Positions 37,219 through 48,561 are shown, counted from the stretch's first letter. The stretch is 64,000 bases of DNA from Candidatus Tritonobacter lacicola (GCA_030765135.1 JAVCDC010000009.1:5682-69681), one strand, 5' to 3'. Translations and numbers: made by a program. Notes: generated by a model from the sequence alone, not told the origin.

Positions 37219-38493
37219 TCAAAGAGAGCCTTTCTCCCTCCATATCCGCGCGCCAAGCGCGGATAATTTCTTTTCTATGCCATCGTACCCCCTGTCTATG
37301 TGGTAGACGCGGTTCACCTCGGTACGCCCCCCGGCGACGAGCCCGGCAATAATCAATGCGGCGCTGGCCCTGAGGTCAGACGCCATGACGGGAGCGCCGC
37401 TCAATTCTCTCACGCCCCTGACGATAGCGCTCGGTCCCTCGATCGATATGTTGGCGGCCATCCTGTTCAACTCGGGAACGTGCATGAACCTCTCGGGGAA
37501 AACTTTTTCGGTTATGATGCTGATGCCCTCGGATACCGTCATGAGGGCCGTCAGCTGCGCCTGGAGGTCCGTTGGAAAGCCCGGGTAGTGATGCGTCGCC
37601 ACGTCCACGTTCCTAACGGATCCGGTCCCCTTTACAACAACAGACTCTCCGTCCCTGCGTATCTCCACGCCGGCCTCGGCCAGCTTGTCCACGACGGCTC
37701 CCAGGTGATCATGACGGGCGCCGGCGAGAACCACCTCTCCGCCCGTGATGGCCGCTGCAGCCATGAACGTTCCCGCCTCGATCCTGTCGGGGATTATTGT
37801 ATACTCGGAAGCCGAGAGCCCTTCGACGCCATCGATCTCAAGGATATGCGACCCGTGTCCCCGTATCCTTGCCCCCATTGATATCAGGAACTCCGCAAGA
37901 TCCACAATTTCAGGCTCGCACGCGGCGCCGATGATCCTCGTTGTGCCTCCCGCAAGAACGGCGGCGGACATCACGTTGGCGGTCGCGAGGACGCTTGGCC
38001 CGAACCTGCCGGCCAGAAACACCTCGGCGCCCCTCAACCCGTCAGCCTCAGCCTCGATATAGCCGTGGTTGAGCTCGATCCTGGCACCCAGGGCGGCCAG
38101 GCCCTTGAGGTGCAGTCCGATCGGCCGGGGGCCTATCACGCACCCGCCCGGCAGGGATATGCTGGCGCGGCCGAAACGAGCGAGGAGCGGGCCCAGAAAG
38201 CATATCGAAGCCCGCATCTTCTTCACCATTTCGTAGGGCGCGTCGCCCCCGGTTACTCCGGAGGGATCGATCCGAACGGAGCATCCGTTATCAGAGAAAT
38301 CCACCGTCGCGCCGATGAACCTCAACATCTCCGTCAGGGTGTTCACGTCGGAGACCCGGGGTGCGTTTCGTATAACACAGGGGCCCTCCGCCATAATCGA
38401 GGCGGCCATGATGGGGAGGCATGCGTTCTTCGCGCCGCTTATCTCGACAGTCCCGCGGAGGCACGCTCCCCCCTCTATGATCATCTTTTCCAT
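37219..38493 (-). CDS. murA: UDP-N-acetylglucosamine 1-carboxyvinyltransferase
   Basis: N-terminal IEGG..L.GTV.ISGAKNA.LPI pattern, catalytic Cys region (KMRASICFLGPLLARFG), 424 aa. Confidence 0.92.
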   Translation of the reverse strand: MEKMIIEGGACLRGTVEISGAKNACLPIMAASIMAEGPCVIRNAPRVSDVNTLTEMLRFIGATVDFSDNGCSVRIDPSGVTGGDAPYEMVKKMRASICFLGPLLARFGRASISLPGGCVIGPRPIGLHLKGLAALGARIELNHGYIEAEADGLRGAEVFLAGRFGPSVLATANVMSAAVLAGGTTRIIGAACEPEIVDLAEFLISMGARIRGHGSHILEIDGVEGLSASEYTIIPDRIEAGTFMAAAAITGGEVVLAGARHDHLGAVVDKLAEAGVEIRRDGESVVVKGTGSVRNVDVATHHYPGFPTDLQAQLTALMTVSEGISIITEKVFPERFMHVPELNRMAANISIEGPSAIVRGVRELSGAPVMASDLRASAALIIAGLVAGGRTEVNRVYHIDRGYDGIEKKLSALGARIWREKGSL

Positions 38494-38561
38494 ATCGGCC
38501 TCTAATTACTTGGTAGTGCGATCTATTTATTCGCCTCTCGGATTTATTTTTCGCATTACGC

Positions 38562-39443
38562 TTAACGATTTTTATTCGGTTGTGCAGGGTCCTTAAAGGC
38601 GACGGCCACCCGCGGCTTGCCGTTGATGTCCCGGCGCAACTCAATATCTCCGTAACCGGCTGCCGCAAGGAGCGCTTGGACGCTGCCGGACTGCGCATGG
38701 CCGAACTCCAGAACGACGACGCCGTTTTCGGAGAGGGCCCCGTAAGCCGTCCTCACAACGCGCCGGACCATGTCCAGCCCGTCGGGACCGCCCCTGAGGG
38801 CAACGGGAGGCTCATGATCCCTGATCTCCCGCGGAAGAGCCTGCCATTCGGCATCCGATACATACGGGAGATTGGCAACCACAAGGTCGAAGCTGCCTCC
38901 GGCGAAAGGCTCCAGGAGATCGGCGATGAGGAAACGTATTCGCCCATCCACGCCGTTGAGGGCGGCGTTCTCCCTCGCGAGGGATATTGCCTTGGCAGAC
39001 AGGTCCGTCGCCCAGATCTCGCCGCTCGAAATGTGCCGGGCGAGGACCACCGCTATGTTGCCGCTCCCGGTACCCACGTCGACGATACGCCTGAAATTCA
39101 TCCCCCCGGCCGCCAGGTCCAGAACGGCATCCACAACCGACTCGGTATCCGGGCGTGGAATGAGCGCCCTGGAATCGGTCAGGAACTCGCACGTATAGAA
39201 TCCAACCCTGCCCGTTACGTACTGTAAAGGAAAGCCTTCCACCCGGTGCTGAAGCATTCGCTGCAGGGTTTTACTCTTTTTGTCACAAAGAGGACTGCCG
39301 GCCTCCAGGTAGAGAGATGCCCTGTCGCGATCGAGCAGGTGGCAGATGAGCCGTTCCGCCTCATCGAGCGGCTTCTCCAATCCGGCACGATCCAGGGCCG
39401 CGGCCGACGATCTGAGGGCCGCCTTCACGCTCACGGGTTTCAC
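38562..39443 (-). CDS. prmC: release factor glutamine N5-methyltransferase
   Basis: SAM-binding IVDVGTGSGNIAV, then substrate motif VVANLPYV (variant of NPPY). Located immediately downstream of prfA with a 4-nt overlap, the canonical prfA-prmC arrangement. Confidence 0.85.
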   Translation of the reverse strand: MKPVSVKAALRSSAAALDRAGLEKPLDEAERLICHLLDRDRASLYLEAGSPLCDKKSKTLQRMLQHRVEGFPLQYVTGRVGFYTCEFLTDSRALIPRPDTESVVDAVLDLAAGGMNFRRIVDVGTGSGNIAVVLARHISSGEIWATDLSAKAISLARENAALNGVDGRIRFLIADLLEPFAGGSFDLVVANLPYVSDAEWQALPREIRDHEPPVALRGGPDGLDMVRRVVRTAYGALSENGVVVLEFGHAQSGSVQALLAAAGYGDIELRRDINGKPRVAVAFKDPAQPNKNR

Positions 39444-40516
39444 CCGTCGCCCCTCCCGCCAAGGACGGACTCGTAATCGGCCCTCATGAGGCCGGATGTT
39501 ATTCTGTCCAGCTCCCCATCCATCACCTTCTCCAGTGAGTGGACCGTGAGCCCTATCCTGTGATCGGTCACGCGGGATTGGGGAAAGTTATAGGTCCGTA
39601 TCTTCGCGCTTCTGTCACCACTGCTTATCTGCGACCTCCTCTCCTCCGAGATCTTCTCATCCCTCTCGTCCTTGAGCTGTTTCAGGAGGCGGGCCTTGAG
39701 AACCCTCATCGCCTTGACCTTGTTCTTGTGCTGGGACTTCTCGTCCTGACACTGGACGACGGTTCCCGTGGCAATATGCGTTATGCGGACGGCGGAGTCC
39801 ATCGTATTCACGCTTTGCCCCCCGGGGCCGGACGAGCGGAAGGTATCGATCCTCAGGTCCTTCGGATCGATTTTGATATCGATCTCCTCCGGCTCGGGGA
39901 GGACGACCACGGAGACGGCCGACGTGTGTATCCTGCCCGACGACTCTGTTGCCGGCACCCTCTGGATGCGGTGAACGCCGCTCTCGTATTTTAACTTGCC
40001 GTATACTCCCTCCCCCTCCACGGAGAATATTACCTCCTTGAACCCGCCAAGCTCCGTCGGCCGGCTGGCCATGGGCTCGACCTTCCAGCTATTCATCTCG
40101 CAGTACCTTGTGTACATGCGGAACAAGTCGGCGGCGAAGAGCGCGGCCTCGTCCCCCCCCGCTCCGGCTCGGATCTCGACTATGATATTTTTCTTATCCG
40201 CCCCGGAGTCCGGCAGCAGTGCTGAAATGAGGTCGAGCTCCAGCTTCGCCTTCTTCTTGCTGAGATCCTCGACCTCATGCCTCGCGAGTTCGAGGAAATC
40301 TTCTTCCTCCTCGTCCTGCTCGAGGATGGACTTCCCCTGCTCGAGCTCCCTCATCACCTTTTCGTACTCCACGTAGAGGTTGCAAATGCGCTTCACCCCG
40401 GCATGCTCCCTCGCGAACTCCTTGTACTTACCGTATGACGAAAGCACATCGGGATCGCTGAGCAGGGACTCGAGCTCCTTGAGCCTGTCCTTCAATCCGG
40501 CTAATTTTTCGAACAT
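39440..40516 (-). CDS. prfA: peptide chain release factor 1
   Basis: GGQ motif (RSSGPGGQSVNTMDSAVRITHIATG). RF-1 PxT-region context (RVPATES). 358 aa. Confidence 0.92.
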   Translation of the reverse strand: MFEKLAGLKDRLKELESLLSDPDVLSSYGKYKEFAREHAGVKRICNLYVEYEKVMRELEQGKSILEQDEEEEDFLELARHEVEDLSKKKAKLELDLISALLPDSGADKKNIIVEIRAGAGGDEAALFAADLFRMYTRYCEMNSWKVEPMASRPTELGGFKEVIFSVEGEGVYGKLKYESGVHRIQRVPATESSGRIHTSAVSVVVLPEPEEIDIKIDPKDLRIDTFRSSGPGGQSVNTMDSAVRITHIATGTVVQCQDEKSQHKNKVKAMRVLKARLLKQLKDERDEKISEERRSQISSGDRSAKIRTYNFPQSRVTDHRIGLTVHSLEKVMDGELDRITSGLMRADYESVLGGRGDG

Positions 40517-40687
40517 GCCTCAACCCCATTAAAAATCGTGCGTTCCTCGTTTGACCAGCACGGCTGACCTGCAGTAAGCCCTGCACGGACAAGCGTAAGA
40601 CCGCGAACAAGGTACAAAAAACAGGCAAAAAATGCCGGGGCGGACATTCACGCATGAGAGCGGCCGCCCCGGCAACGCTGTATTTAC

Positions 40688-40888
40688 CTACTTTCTGCCG
40701 TACTTCCTGCGGAACTTTTCAACCCTTCCGGCCGTATCGATATACTTCTGTTTCCCGGTAAAGAAAGGATGGCACTTCGAGCAGATACCGACCTTTATGT
40801 TCTCCTTCGTGGAACGGGTTTGTATAACCTCGCCGCAGGCGCAGGAGATCGTCGTATCAACGTACTCTGGATGGATACCCTTTTTCAT
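40688..40888 (-). CDS. rpmE: 50S ribosomal protein L31 (zinc-binding type)
   Basis: MKKGIHPEY...CACGEV...[16 protein letters not shown] listed from 40900; the start is more likely at MKKGIHP. Confidence 0.9.
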   Translation of the reverse strand: MKKGIHPEYVDTTISCACGEVIQTRSTKENIKVGICSKCHPFFTGKQKYIDTAGRVEKFRRKYGRK

Positions 40889-41007
40889 AAATTCGCTCAC
40901 TACGTTCGCTAATTTAGCTCAATTCCCAATCAATAACGTAAAGGTAACACGGGCTTTTTAAAAATAGCAACCCCTTAATTAAAAACCAGAAACCAGTAAC
41001 TGTCTTT

Positions 41008-42417
41008 TTACATCCTGCTCATATTCAAGGACATGAGGAATTCAGCGTTCGTCTTGGACTTCTTGAGCTTCTCCAACAGGAACTCCATGTCCTCCACGGC
41101 GTTGAGGGAGTTGAGCGCCTTCCGCAGAAGCCATATCCTCTTGAGCTCGTCCGGGTGGAGGAGCAGCTCCTCCTTTCTCGTCCCGGAGCGGGCTATATCG
41201 ATGGCCGGGAAGACGCGCCTGTCCACCAGCCGCCTGTCCAGGTTCAGCTCCATGTTGCCCGTTCCCTTGAATTCCTCGAATATGACCTCGTCCATCTTGC
41301 TTCCCGTATCCACAAGGGCCGTGGCCATTATCGTCAGGCTTCCCCCCTCTTCTATATTCCTGGCGGCGCCGAAAAAACGTTTCGGCTTGTGCAGTGCGTT
41401 GGAATCTATGCCTCCCGTCATGATCTTGCCGCTGTGGGGCAGAACTGCGTTGTAGGCACGTGCGAGCCTCGTTATGCTGTCGAGGAGGATAACGACATCA
41501 TGTCCGTACTCCACGAGCCGTTTCGCTTTTTCTATGACGATCTCGGCGACCTGGATGTGCCGCTCGGCCGTCTCGTCGAAACATGAGCTAACCACCTCGC
41601 CTCGAACCGACCGCGCCATGTCCGTCACCTCCTCGGGCCGCTCATCTATGAGAAGGACGATGAGCTTCACCTCGGGGTTGTTCGTCGCGATGGAGTTAGC
41701 GAGCTTCTGAAGCAGCATTGTCTTTCCCGTGCGGGGGGCGGCGACTATGAGCCCCCTCTGCCCTTTTCCTATCGGCGTCAGTATATCCATCACCCTCATC
41801 GAGATCTCGTCAGGCCCGGTCTCGAGTATGAGCCTCTCTTCGGGATAGAGGGGGGTCAGGTTATCGAAGAGTATCTTGTCCCTGTGGGACTCGGGCTTCT
41901 CGAAATTCACGGCCTCCACCTTGAGAAGGGCGAAATATTTCTCCCTGTCCTTGGGCGCCCTGATCTGGCCGGAGACGACGTCACCCGTCCTGAGGCCGAA
42001 TTTTTTTATCTGCGAAGGGGAGACGTATATGTCCTCCGGGCAGGGCAGGTAGTTGTAATTCGGAGAGCGCAGGAAGCCGTACCTGTCCGGAAGGACCTCG
42101 AGAGCGCCCTCCCCGAACATAAGGCCCTTGCTCTCCGCCTGCGCCTTGAGTATCTGGAAGATAAGCTGGTGTTTCCTAAGGTACCCCGTGTCCTTAAGGC
42201 CGAGGCCCTTCGCTATCTTGTTGAGCGCGGTGACGGTCTTGCCCTGGAGGGTACTGACATCAACATGTTCGGCGTCGGCGCTCCGGGCACGGGGCTTCTC
42301 CTTCTCCTTTTTCTCCATATCGCGCTCCCCGTCTTGTTCTTTCACTTTTTCCAACTCCACATCCTCGCTTTTTGTTTTCTCCATCTCTTCCCCTACCTTC
42401 CGGTTAACTTTGTCCAT
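41008..42417 (-). CDS. rho: transcription termination factor Rho (with ~60-aa K/E-rich N-terminal extension)
   Basis: RNA-binding CSD region (GVLEVLPDGYGFLR), Walker A ([16 protein letters not shown]), Q/R loops, 469 aa. The N-terminus ([32 protein letters not shown]) is an insertion upstream of the NTD. Confidence 0.92.
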   Translation of the reverse strand: MDKVNRKVGEEMEKTKSEDVELEKVKEQDGERDMEKKEKEKPRARSADAEHVDVSTLQGKTVTALNKIAKGLGLKDTGYLRKHQLIFQILKAQAESKGLMFGEGALEVLPDRYGFLRSPNYNYLPCPEDIYVSPSQIKKFGLRTGDVVSGQIRAPKDREKYFALLKVEAVNFEKPESHRDKILFDNLTPLYPEERLILETGPDEISMRVMDILTPIGKGQRGLIVAAPRTGKTMLLQKLANSIATNNPEVKLIVLLIDERPEEVTDMARSVRGEVVSSCFDETAERHIQVAEIVIEKAKRLVEYGHDVVILLDSITRLARAYNAVLPHSGKIMTGGIDSNALHKPKRFFGAARNIEEGGSLTIMATALVDTGSKMDEVIFEEFKGTGNMELNLDRRLVDRRVFPAIDIARSGTRKEELLLHPDELKRIWLLRKALNSLNAVEDMEFLLEKLKKSKTNAEFLMSLNMSRM

Positions 42418-42992
42418 AGTTCATTCACCTGTTTTTTTACCGCTTCCCTGCCGGAGTAATTCCGCACGATGTAATCCGCGCGCCTCTCCTTCTCGGACAG
42501 CGGAAGCTGGGCTCTGATTCTGGCGAGGGCTTCTCTCCTGGAAAGCCCGTCCCGCTTGACGCATCGAAGGACCTGATCTTCCTCCGACGCGCTCACGACT
42601 ACTGCGGCATCGAAATCGCCTAGCATGCCGGTTTCCATGAGAAGCGGCACGTTCACCACCGCCACTTCTTTTTCGCCTGCGGCCGCTTTCTCTCTCAACC
42701 AGTCTCTTATGGCCGCCTTCACCTTCGGATGAACAATATCGTTAAGCTTGTTCAGCTTATCCCGGTCGGTGAAGGCGCGTTCCGCCAGCTTCCTTCTGTC
42801 CATCCCGCCGTCCTCGCCCACGACGCCGGGCCCGAACTCATCCATTATGCGCCGTCGCACATCTTCATCACCGTCCAGAATGGCTCGCGCGACAACATCG
42901 GCGTCGAGGGTCGCTGCGCCCAGGGCCGAGAAGAAACCAGTCACCAGACCTTTCCCCGCGCAAAGCCCCCCCGTAACCCCCACCCTCAGCAT
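42393..42992 (-). CDS. coaE: dephospho-CoA kinase
   Basis: ORF 42393..43076. Start at the internal Met ([15 protein letters not shown], the P-loop). ...LDADVVAR... and downstream DVPLLMETG are typical CoaE. Confidence 0.88.
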   Translation of the reverse strand: MLRVGVTGGLCAGKGLVTGFFSALGAATLDADVVARAILDGDEDVRRRIMDEFGPGVVGEDGGMDRRKLAERAFTDRDKLNKLNDIVHPKVKAAIRDWLREKAAAGEKEVAVVNVPLLMETGMLGDFDAAVVVSASEEDQVLRCVKRDGLSRREALARIRAQLPLSEKERRADYIVRNYSGREAVKKQVNELWTKLTGR

Positions 42993-43019
42993 GCTATCAG
43001 CTCCATAAAACATTGAACC

Positions 43020-43165
43020 GGAATGAATAATAAGCAAACACCAATAACCAAGATACAAACAATATCCAATGAGCAATAACCAATTATCAAACTGTTTGGA
43101 TATCGGAGTTTGAATATTGAGATTTGTTTGGTCATTGTATCTTGTATCTTGGTTATTGTTGTTTG
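43020..43165. repeat. AT-rich long imperfect palindrome (inverted-repeat element) between coaE and polA
   Basis: Left arm ...CAAACACCAATAACCAAGATACAAACAAT... and right arm ...TTGTATCTTGTATCTTGGTTATTGTTGTTTGG... are reverse complements with a few mismatches. The centre contains CAAACTGTTTG. Strikingly AT-rich relative to the flanking genes. Confidence 0.6.
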
Positions 43166-43166
43166 G

Positions 43167-45800
43167 TTATAGCTCGCCCCAGTTCCTTCCCACGGCTGTT
43201 CTGACCCTCAGCGGGACCGAGAGCTTATATATCTTCTCCATGATACCTTTTACCTCCGTTTCAGCGGCGGCGACGCGATCCTCGTACACCTCGAATATGA
43301 GCTCATCGTGGAGGTTTATGAGCAGGCGGGCGCCGGGCACGTCACGGCAAACGGAAATCATCGCCAGATTGATCAGGTCGGCGGCCGAGCCCTGAACGGG
43401 CGTGTTGATCGCGAGCCGCTCGCTCTGCTCCCGGGCCTGCCTTGAGATGCTGTTTATCTCGGGAAGATACCGCCTCCGTCCGAGTATCGTGCGGACATAA
43501 CCAAGCTCTCTCGCCTCGGAGAGAAGACGGTCGATGTACTCCCGCACGCCGCTGTACCTCCGGAAGTAATTGTCGATAAAGAGCTGCGCCTCGGCAAACC
43601 CTATGGACAGCTCCTGCGCGAGGCCGTACGCGCTCATGCCGTAGATGATACCGAAATTTATCGTCTTGGCGCGGCGGCGCATTTCGGCTGTTACGTCCTC
43701 CTCGTCCACGCCGAAGACCGCGCCGGCCGTGAAGCGGTGAATATCCTCACCCCTTTCGAAGGCGGAGATGAGATCGGCGTCCCCCGACAGATGGGCCAGA
43801 AGACGAAGGTCTATCTGGGAATAGTCGGCCGAGAGAAACAGATAATCATCGGATGCGGGGATGAACGCCTCCCGGATCTTCCGGCCGAGCTCCGTCCGCA
43901 CGGGGATGTTCTGAAGGTTTGGATCGCTCGAGGAAAGCCTGCCGGTCGCGGTCCCGGTTTGATTGAACGAGGCGTGGATCCTCCCCGTCTCCGGGTTGAC
44001 GAGATCCGGGAGAGTGTCCAGGTAGGTGGATTTCAGTTTCGCGAGCCGGCGGTATTCCAGTACCTTCCCGGGGAGTGGATGCATCGCGGCCAGCTTCGTG
44101 AGAACCCCTACATCGGTCGAATAGCCGGTTTTAGTCTTCTTCTGGACGGGAAGCTCAAGCACGTCGAACAGGACCACGCCAAGCTGCTTCGGTGAATTCA
44201 CATTAAACGGGCGGCCCGCCTGCTTGATTATCTCCGCCTCGAGCCTCTCGAGATCCACGGCGATCGCGGCGGACATTCGCCTGAGCAGCGCGCTGTCCAG
44301 CCTCACACCGTTTCTCTCCATTCCCGCGATAACCTCGATAAGGGGAAGCTCCGTCGAGTCGAACAGCTCCCTCAGCCCCTTCTCCATCAACTCCTTCTCC
44401 AGGATACTCTTCAGCCTGAGCGTGATATCGGCGTCCTCGCAGGAGTAGCGGCACACTTCTTCAACAGGCACTTCGACCAGCTTACTCTCGCCCCTGCCGA
44501 TAAGGCTGCGAATGGGGATCATCCTGTGGCCGAGGTAGTCGAGGGAGAGGGCGTCGAGTCCGTGCGCCCGTTTGCCCGGACTGAGAAGGTGCGATGCCAC
44601 CATCGTGTCGAAGACGATCCCCTTGAGGCTCACACCGTGCCGGCCGAGGACAAGCAGATCGTACTTGATATTCTGGCCGATCTTTCCGATCGCCGGATCC
44701 TCGAGGATCGGCTTAAGTCCCCGAAGTATTACCTCCTTTCCCATCGCGCGGTTAAACGGGATGTAGCAGGCTTCCTTTTCCCTCCAGGAAAAGGATATGC
44801 CGACGATCTCCGCATCCATCGCGTTGACGGAGGTTGTCTCCACATCGATCACGAACGGGGACTGCGCGCCCAGTTGAGAGAGAAGCTCTCCCAGCTTTTC
44901 CCCGTCGTCAATCAGCTCGTATTTAAGCTGCTCATCGCCTGCGCCGCCTTCGGGCACGATATCCTTGAGGACGCTCCAGAGTTCGAGTTTCCTGAGAAGT
45001 TCGACGAGAGAATCGATGTCGGCGTTGCTCCTTCGACAATTCGCCGGCCCGACCCCAATATCCACATCGGTCATGAGCCGGACAAGTCCCATGCTCAAAC
45101 GCGCCTTATCGGCATTGGCCAGAAGGCTTTCTCGAACCCTCTTGTTCCGGACCTCCGGAGCATGGGCAAGGACGGATTCCATATCACCGTACTCATTGAT
45201 GAGCCTGACCGCCCATTTCTCGCCCACACCCGGGACCCCGGGCACGTTGTCGCTCGCATCCCCCATGAGTGACAGCATATCCGCTATCCTCTCGGGGCCG
45301 ACCCCGTACCTCTTTCTCACCGCCTCGGCATCGTAGAGATGGCTCTTCTCGTGGGAGCCCCTTACCTTTATTCTGTCGGTGACGAGGCTCAACATATCCT
45401 TGTCTCCGCTCGATATCATAACCTCCATGCCCTCCATCTCGCTCGTACGCGCAAGCGTGGCTATAATATCGTCCGCCTCGTATCCCTCCTTCTCGATCAA
45501 CATAACCCCGTACGCTTCTATGAATCTCTTTATCGCCGGGATCTGAACGGCAAGCTCATCGGGCATTGCCTTCCTGTGCGCTTTATATTCCCTGTACTCC
45601 CTGTGCCGGAAAGTCTCGCCGGGAAGATCCATGACCACGGCGATGAAATCGTAATCTCCCGCGGCAGCGACCAGCATGCGAGCGAAACCGACCACGGCGT
45701 TCGTCGGGCGGCCCTCAGAGTTCGTCAGAAGGGGAAGGCCATGAAAGAGCCGGTATATATGCGACATTCCGTCTATCAGGAGGATCTTTTTATTTTTCAT
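43167..45800 (-). CDS. polA: DNA polymerase I
   Basis: ORF 43167..45869. Likely start MKNKKILLIDGMSHIYR (5'-3' exonuclease N-terminus). 3'-5' exo motifs, polymerase motif A (LLSADYSQIDLRLLAH) and motif C region (NLHDELIFEV variant). Confidence 0.92.
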   Translation of the reverse strand: MKNKKILLIDGMSHIYRLFHGLPLLTNSEGRPTNAVVGFARMLVAAAGDYDFIAVVMDLPGETFRHREYREYKAHRKAMPDELAVQIPAIKRFIEAYGVMLIEKEGYEADDIIATLARTSEMEGMEVMISSGDKDMLSLVTDRIKVRGSHEKSHLYDAEAVRKRYGVGPERIADMLSLMGDASDNVPGVPGVGEKWAVRLINEYGDMESVLAHAPEVRNKRVRESLLANADKARLSMGLVRLMTDVDIGVGPANCRRSNADIDSLVELLRKLELWSVLKDIVPEGGAGDEQLKYELIDDGEKLGELLSQLGAQSPFVIDVETTSVNAMDAEIVGISFSWREKEACYIPFNRAMGKEVILRGLKPILEDPAIGKIGQNIKYDLLVLGRHGVSLKGIVFDTMVASHLLSPGKRAHGLDALSLDYLGHRMIPIRSLIGRGESKLVEVPVEEVCRYSCEDADITLRLKSILEKELMEKGLRELFDSTELPLIEVIAGMERNGVRLDSALLRRMSAAIAVDLERLEAEIIKQAGRPFNVNSPKQLGVVLFDVLELPVQKKTKTGYSTDVGVLTKLAAMHPLPGKVLEYRRLAKLKSTYLDTLPDLVNPETGRIHASFNQTGTATGRLSSSDPNLQNIPVRTELGRKIREAFIPASDDYLFLSADYSQIDLRLLAHLSGDADLISAFERGEDIHRFTAGAVFGVDEEDVTAEMRRRAKTINFGIIYGMSAYGLAQELSIGFAEAQLFIDNYFRRYSGVREYIDRLLSEARELGYVRTILGRRRYLPEINSISRQAREQSERLAINTPVQGSAADLINLAMISVCRDVPGARLLINLHDELIFEVYEDRVAAAETEVKGIMEKIYKLSVPLRVRTAVGRNWGEL

Positions 45801-46085
45801 CCATATATCCCCCGGGACAGTGCCGGGGACTCGATAAGTCCTGGAGATATCGCCGGATACGCCGTTCAAGCCGCGGGAATTCCCTGCAGGATATCTCTCC
45901 CGCCGATAGCTGATTGGGCACGCTGAAATTACGAGAAGATCCGGCTGTTGTTTTCCTTAGACAAGCGGGGTTCTAGACGCAGTTATAAGAAAAAATCTAA
46001 AGATTTAACATTCGAGGGATGGGTTAAAAGGAATCCTTGATTAACGCAGATCGAATCTAGATCAGGCTCCGGGGAAAGTCAACAA

Positions 46086-47144
46086 CTATTTTCGCAACTG
46101 GAGCAAGACCTGTTCGGGGTCCTGCGCCTTCGAGACGGCATCCTCGTAGGTGATAATCCCCCTGTTGAACAGCTCTACCAATCCCGCATCCAGCGTCCGC
46201 ATGCCGTACTTGGACCCCGTCTGGATGTCGGATGTGATTCTGTATGACTTCCCCTCCCTGATGAGGTTCTGTATCGCGGGGGTCGCGATCATTATCTCGA
46301 AGGCCGCAATACGGCCCTTGCCGCTTGCCTTCACAAGCAGCAGCTGGGAGATAACCGCAAGGATAGAAAGCGAAAGCTGCGTTCTTATCTGGCCCTGCTG
46401 GTCCTTCGGGAATGCGTCGATGATCCTGTCAACAGTCCTGGCCGCCCCGGTGGTATGGAGCGTCGCGAATACGAGGTGTCCCGTCTCCGCCGCCGTTATC
46501 GCGGCGGACATCGTCTCAAGGTCCCTCATCTCACCCACCAGTATTACATCCGGGTCGGCGCGCAGGCCCATCCTCAGGGCCTCTTTGAAGGTGGTGACGT
46601 CCACCCCCACTTCCCTCTGCGTTACAATGCTGCGCGAGTGCCCGTGGTAGTACTCTATGGGATCCTCTATCGTTATGATATGGCAGTCCCTTTCATGGTT
46701 AATGATGTTGATCATGGAGGCAAGTGTAGTCGTTTTCCCTGAGCCCGTCGGGCCGGTAACGAGAATCAAACCGCGGGGCCTGAAAAGTATCTCTTTAAGC
46801 CCGGGCGGGAGACCTATCTCCTCGAGCGTCATAATCCGCGAGGGGATCAGCCTGAGCGCCATACCGAAGACCCCCTTCTGCCTGAAGACGCTGACCCTGA
46901 ACCTCGCCTGTTCGCCGTACGAGAATCCGAAATCAACCCCTCCCTTCTCCCGCACCCTCTGCTGGTTCTCGTCGGATGTTATGCTCTTTACAAGCTTCTC
47001 GGTATCCTCGGCCTCCAGGGGCGATTCCCCGATATGGACCAGGCTCCCGTCGAGCCTCAATGTCGGAGGCCGGCCCACCGCGATATGAAGGTCCGACGCC
47101 TCCTCCGCTATCACCCTGTCAAGCAACTCCGCCATCTCAGCCAT
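46086..47144 (-). CDS. pilT: type IV pilus retraction ATPase PilT
   Basis: ASDLHI, Walker A ([20 protein letters not shown]), Asp box ([10 protein letters not shown]), Walker B ([12 protein letters not shown]), His box ([14 protein letters not shown]), 352 aa. Confidence 0.9.
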   Translation of the reverse strand: MAEMAELLDRVIAEEASDLHIAVGRPPTLRLDGSLVHIGESPLEAEDTEKLVKSITSDENQQRVREKGGVDFGFSYGEQARFRVSVFRQKGVFGMALRLIPSRIMTLEEIGLPPGLKEILFRPRGLILVTGPTGSGKTTTLASMINIINHERDCHIITIEDPIEYYHGHSRSIVTQREVGVDVTTFKEALRMGLRADPDVILVGEMRDLETMSAAITAAETGHLVFATLHTTGAARTVDRIIDAFPKDQQGQIRTQLSLSILAVISQLLLVKASGKGRIAAFEIMIATPAIQNLIREGKSYRITSDIQTGSKYGMRTLDAGLVELFNRGIITYEDAVSKAQDPEQVLLQLRK

Positions 47145-47340
47145 TTTTTTATTCCTTTTCTGTTAGCTTATTTCCCGTACTGTAAATAATAAAGCAAAAT
47201 AAAACCACGGATTAAACGCCCGTCCGGCAGATCCACCGGCCATCCCCGGTAAAAACCGGGCCGGTTCGACTGAGATCTGACGGAGATTGAACGGATTATT
47301 TGGAAGAATAAACTTTCTGCTGATTTTTAATCCGTCTAAT

Positions 47341-48558
47341 CTATCCAATCCGTGGTTCCCCTTTTTTGTTGGTGGAGGACGCGCTTTTCATGACGAGATC
47401 GTGGACTTTCCTGAATGTAAGCCCCTCCCTCTTCGCGATACGCCGTACGTCGTCGTATTCGGGGTGAACGATCGTGCGGCCATCAGGTCCGCACGCGACC
47501 TTTACACGGACAACTCCGAAACCGGTATCCACCTTGACCACCTCTCTCGGGAGCTTCCTCCGGTCCGCTCTCACGATCCTCACTCCCAGTGTGCCTGTCT
47601 CCTTGAAAAATGTCTCCGCCACGTCTTCCGTCACCCGGGAAGGGGCTATGGCGGTCACGAGAACGCCGGGCCTGTTCTTTTTCATCTGGACCGGCTGGAG
47701 GTAAACCTCCAGCGCCCCGCTTTCGTAGAGGCGCTCCATTAAAAGATCGTAGACCTGGGGGGAAATATCATCGAGGTTGGTCATTATGATATCGACCCCA
47801 TCGCGCAGGATAGAGCCCTCCTTCACCCCTATCAGGACCCGCAGGCAGTTGGGTAGATCCCCTATCTTCCGGTCCCCGACCCCGTAACCGCTCCTTTCAA
47901 TCCTCATCGCGGGTATCCCGCCGTAGCCGCGGGAGAGCGTCGAGAGTATGGACGCTCCCGTCGGGGTCACAAGCTCCGCGTCATAACCCGCGGATGTTAC
48001 AGGGATGCCTTTCAGAAGTTCCACCGTCGCCGGCGCCGGAACCGGCAAGACCCCGTGAGAGCACCTCGTGAGACCCGCGCCGAGGCTGAAGCCGGACGTG
48101 TACACCCCCTCGACCCCGAGCTCGTGGAGCAGGTAAACCGCTCCCACTATGTCTATAATCGAATCTGTCGCGCCAACCTCGTGGAAATGGACCTCGTCTA
48201 TTTTTACCCCGTGGACCCTCGCCTCGGCCACGGCCAGCCGCTCGAAAATCCGCGAGCAGTCTTTCACGACCTCTACCGGAAGACCGCTCCCGGCAAGAAC
48301 TTCGAGGATGTCCCTGAGGTTCCTTTCATGCTGGCCTCCCGGAGCGGCTACGCTGAACTTCGTCCCGCTTATGAAGTTCGCCTTTGCCTTCCGCACGGAT
48401 ATGCGGTACTTCCCCAGCGGGAGCTTTTTCAAACACGCCTTCAACTTCCGCGCATCGGCGCCCGCGTCGATGAGGGCCCCGACGATCATATTGCCGCTTG
48501 CGCCGGCAAAACAGTCGAAGTAGGCGATCCTAGAAACCGGTTTTCTCGACTCCTTCAT
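47341..48558 (-). CDS. larC: LarC-family nickel insertion protein (Ni-pincer nucleotide cofactor biosynthesis; DUF111)
   Basis: N-terminal IAYFDCFAGASGNMIVGALIDAGAD, the LarC/DUF111 signature. 405 aa, with the C-terminal domain present. Confidence 0.8.
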   Translation of the reverse strand: MKESRKPVSRIAYFDCFAGASGNMIVGALIDAGADARKLKACLKKLPLGKYRISVRKAKANFISGTKFSVAAPGGQHERNLRDILEVLAGSGLPVEVVKDCSRIFERLAVAEARVHGVKIDEVHFHEVGATDSIIDIVGAVYLLHELGVEGVYTSGFSLGAGLTRCSHGVLPVPAPATVELLKGIPVTSAGYDAELVTPTGASILSTLSRGYGGIPAMRIERSGYGVGDRKIGDLPNCLRVLIGVKEGSILRDGVDIIMTNLDDISPQVYDLLMERLYESGALEVYLQPVQMKKNRPGVLVTAIAPSRVTEDVAETFFKETGTLGVRIVRADRRKLPREVVKVDTGFGVVRVKVACGPDGRTIVHPEYDDVRRIAKREGLTFRKVHDLVMKSASSTNKKGEPRIG

Positions 48559-48561
48559 AAT

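Noticed and set aside
45870-46085. polA-pilT intergene with partial repeats (CTAGACGCAG ... ACGCAGATCGAATCTAGATC)
   Set aside because: The short imperfect repeats probably reflect promoter or operator sequences for polA. Too weak to call a specific element.
47327-47340. Exact 14-mer TAATCCGTCTAATC shared between the larC 3' flank and the 3' flank of ORF 60251 (60227..60240), both flanked by CAGCAG/CTGCTG
   Set aside because: A single exact 14-mer match is expected by chance several times in a 64-kb window (order N^2/4^14). The context is suggestive but not significant without more copies.
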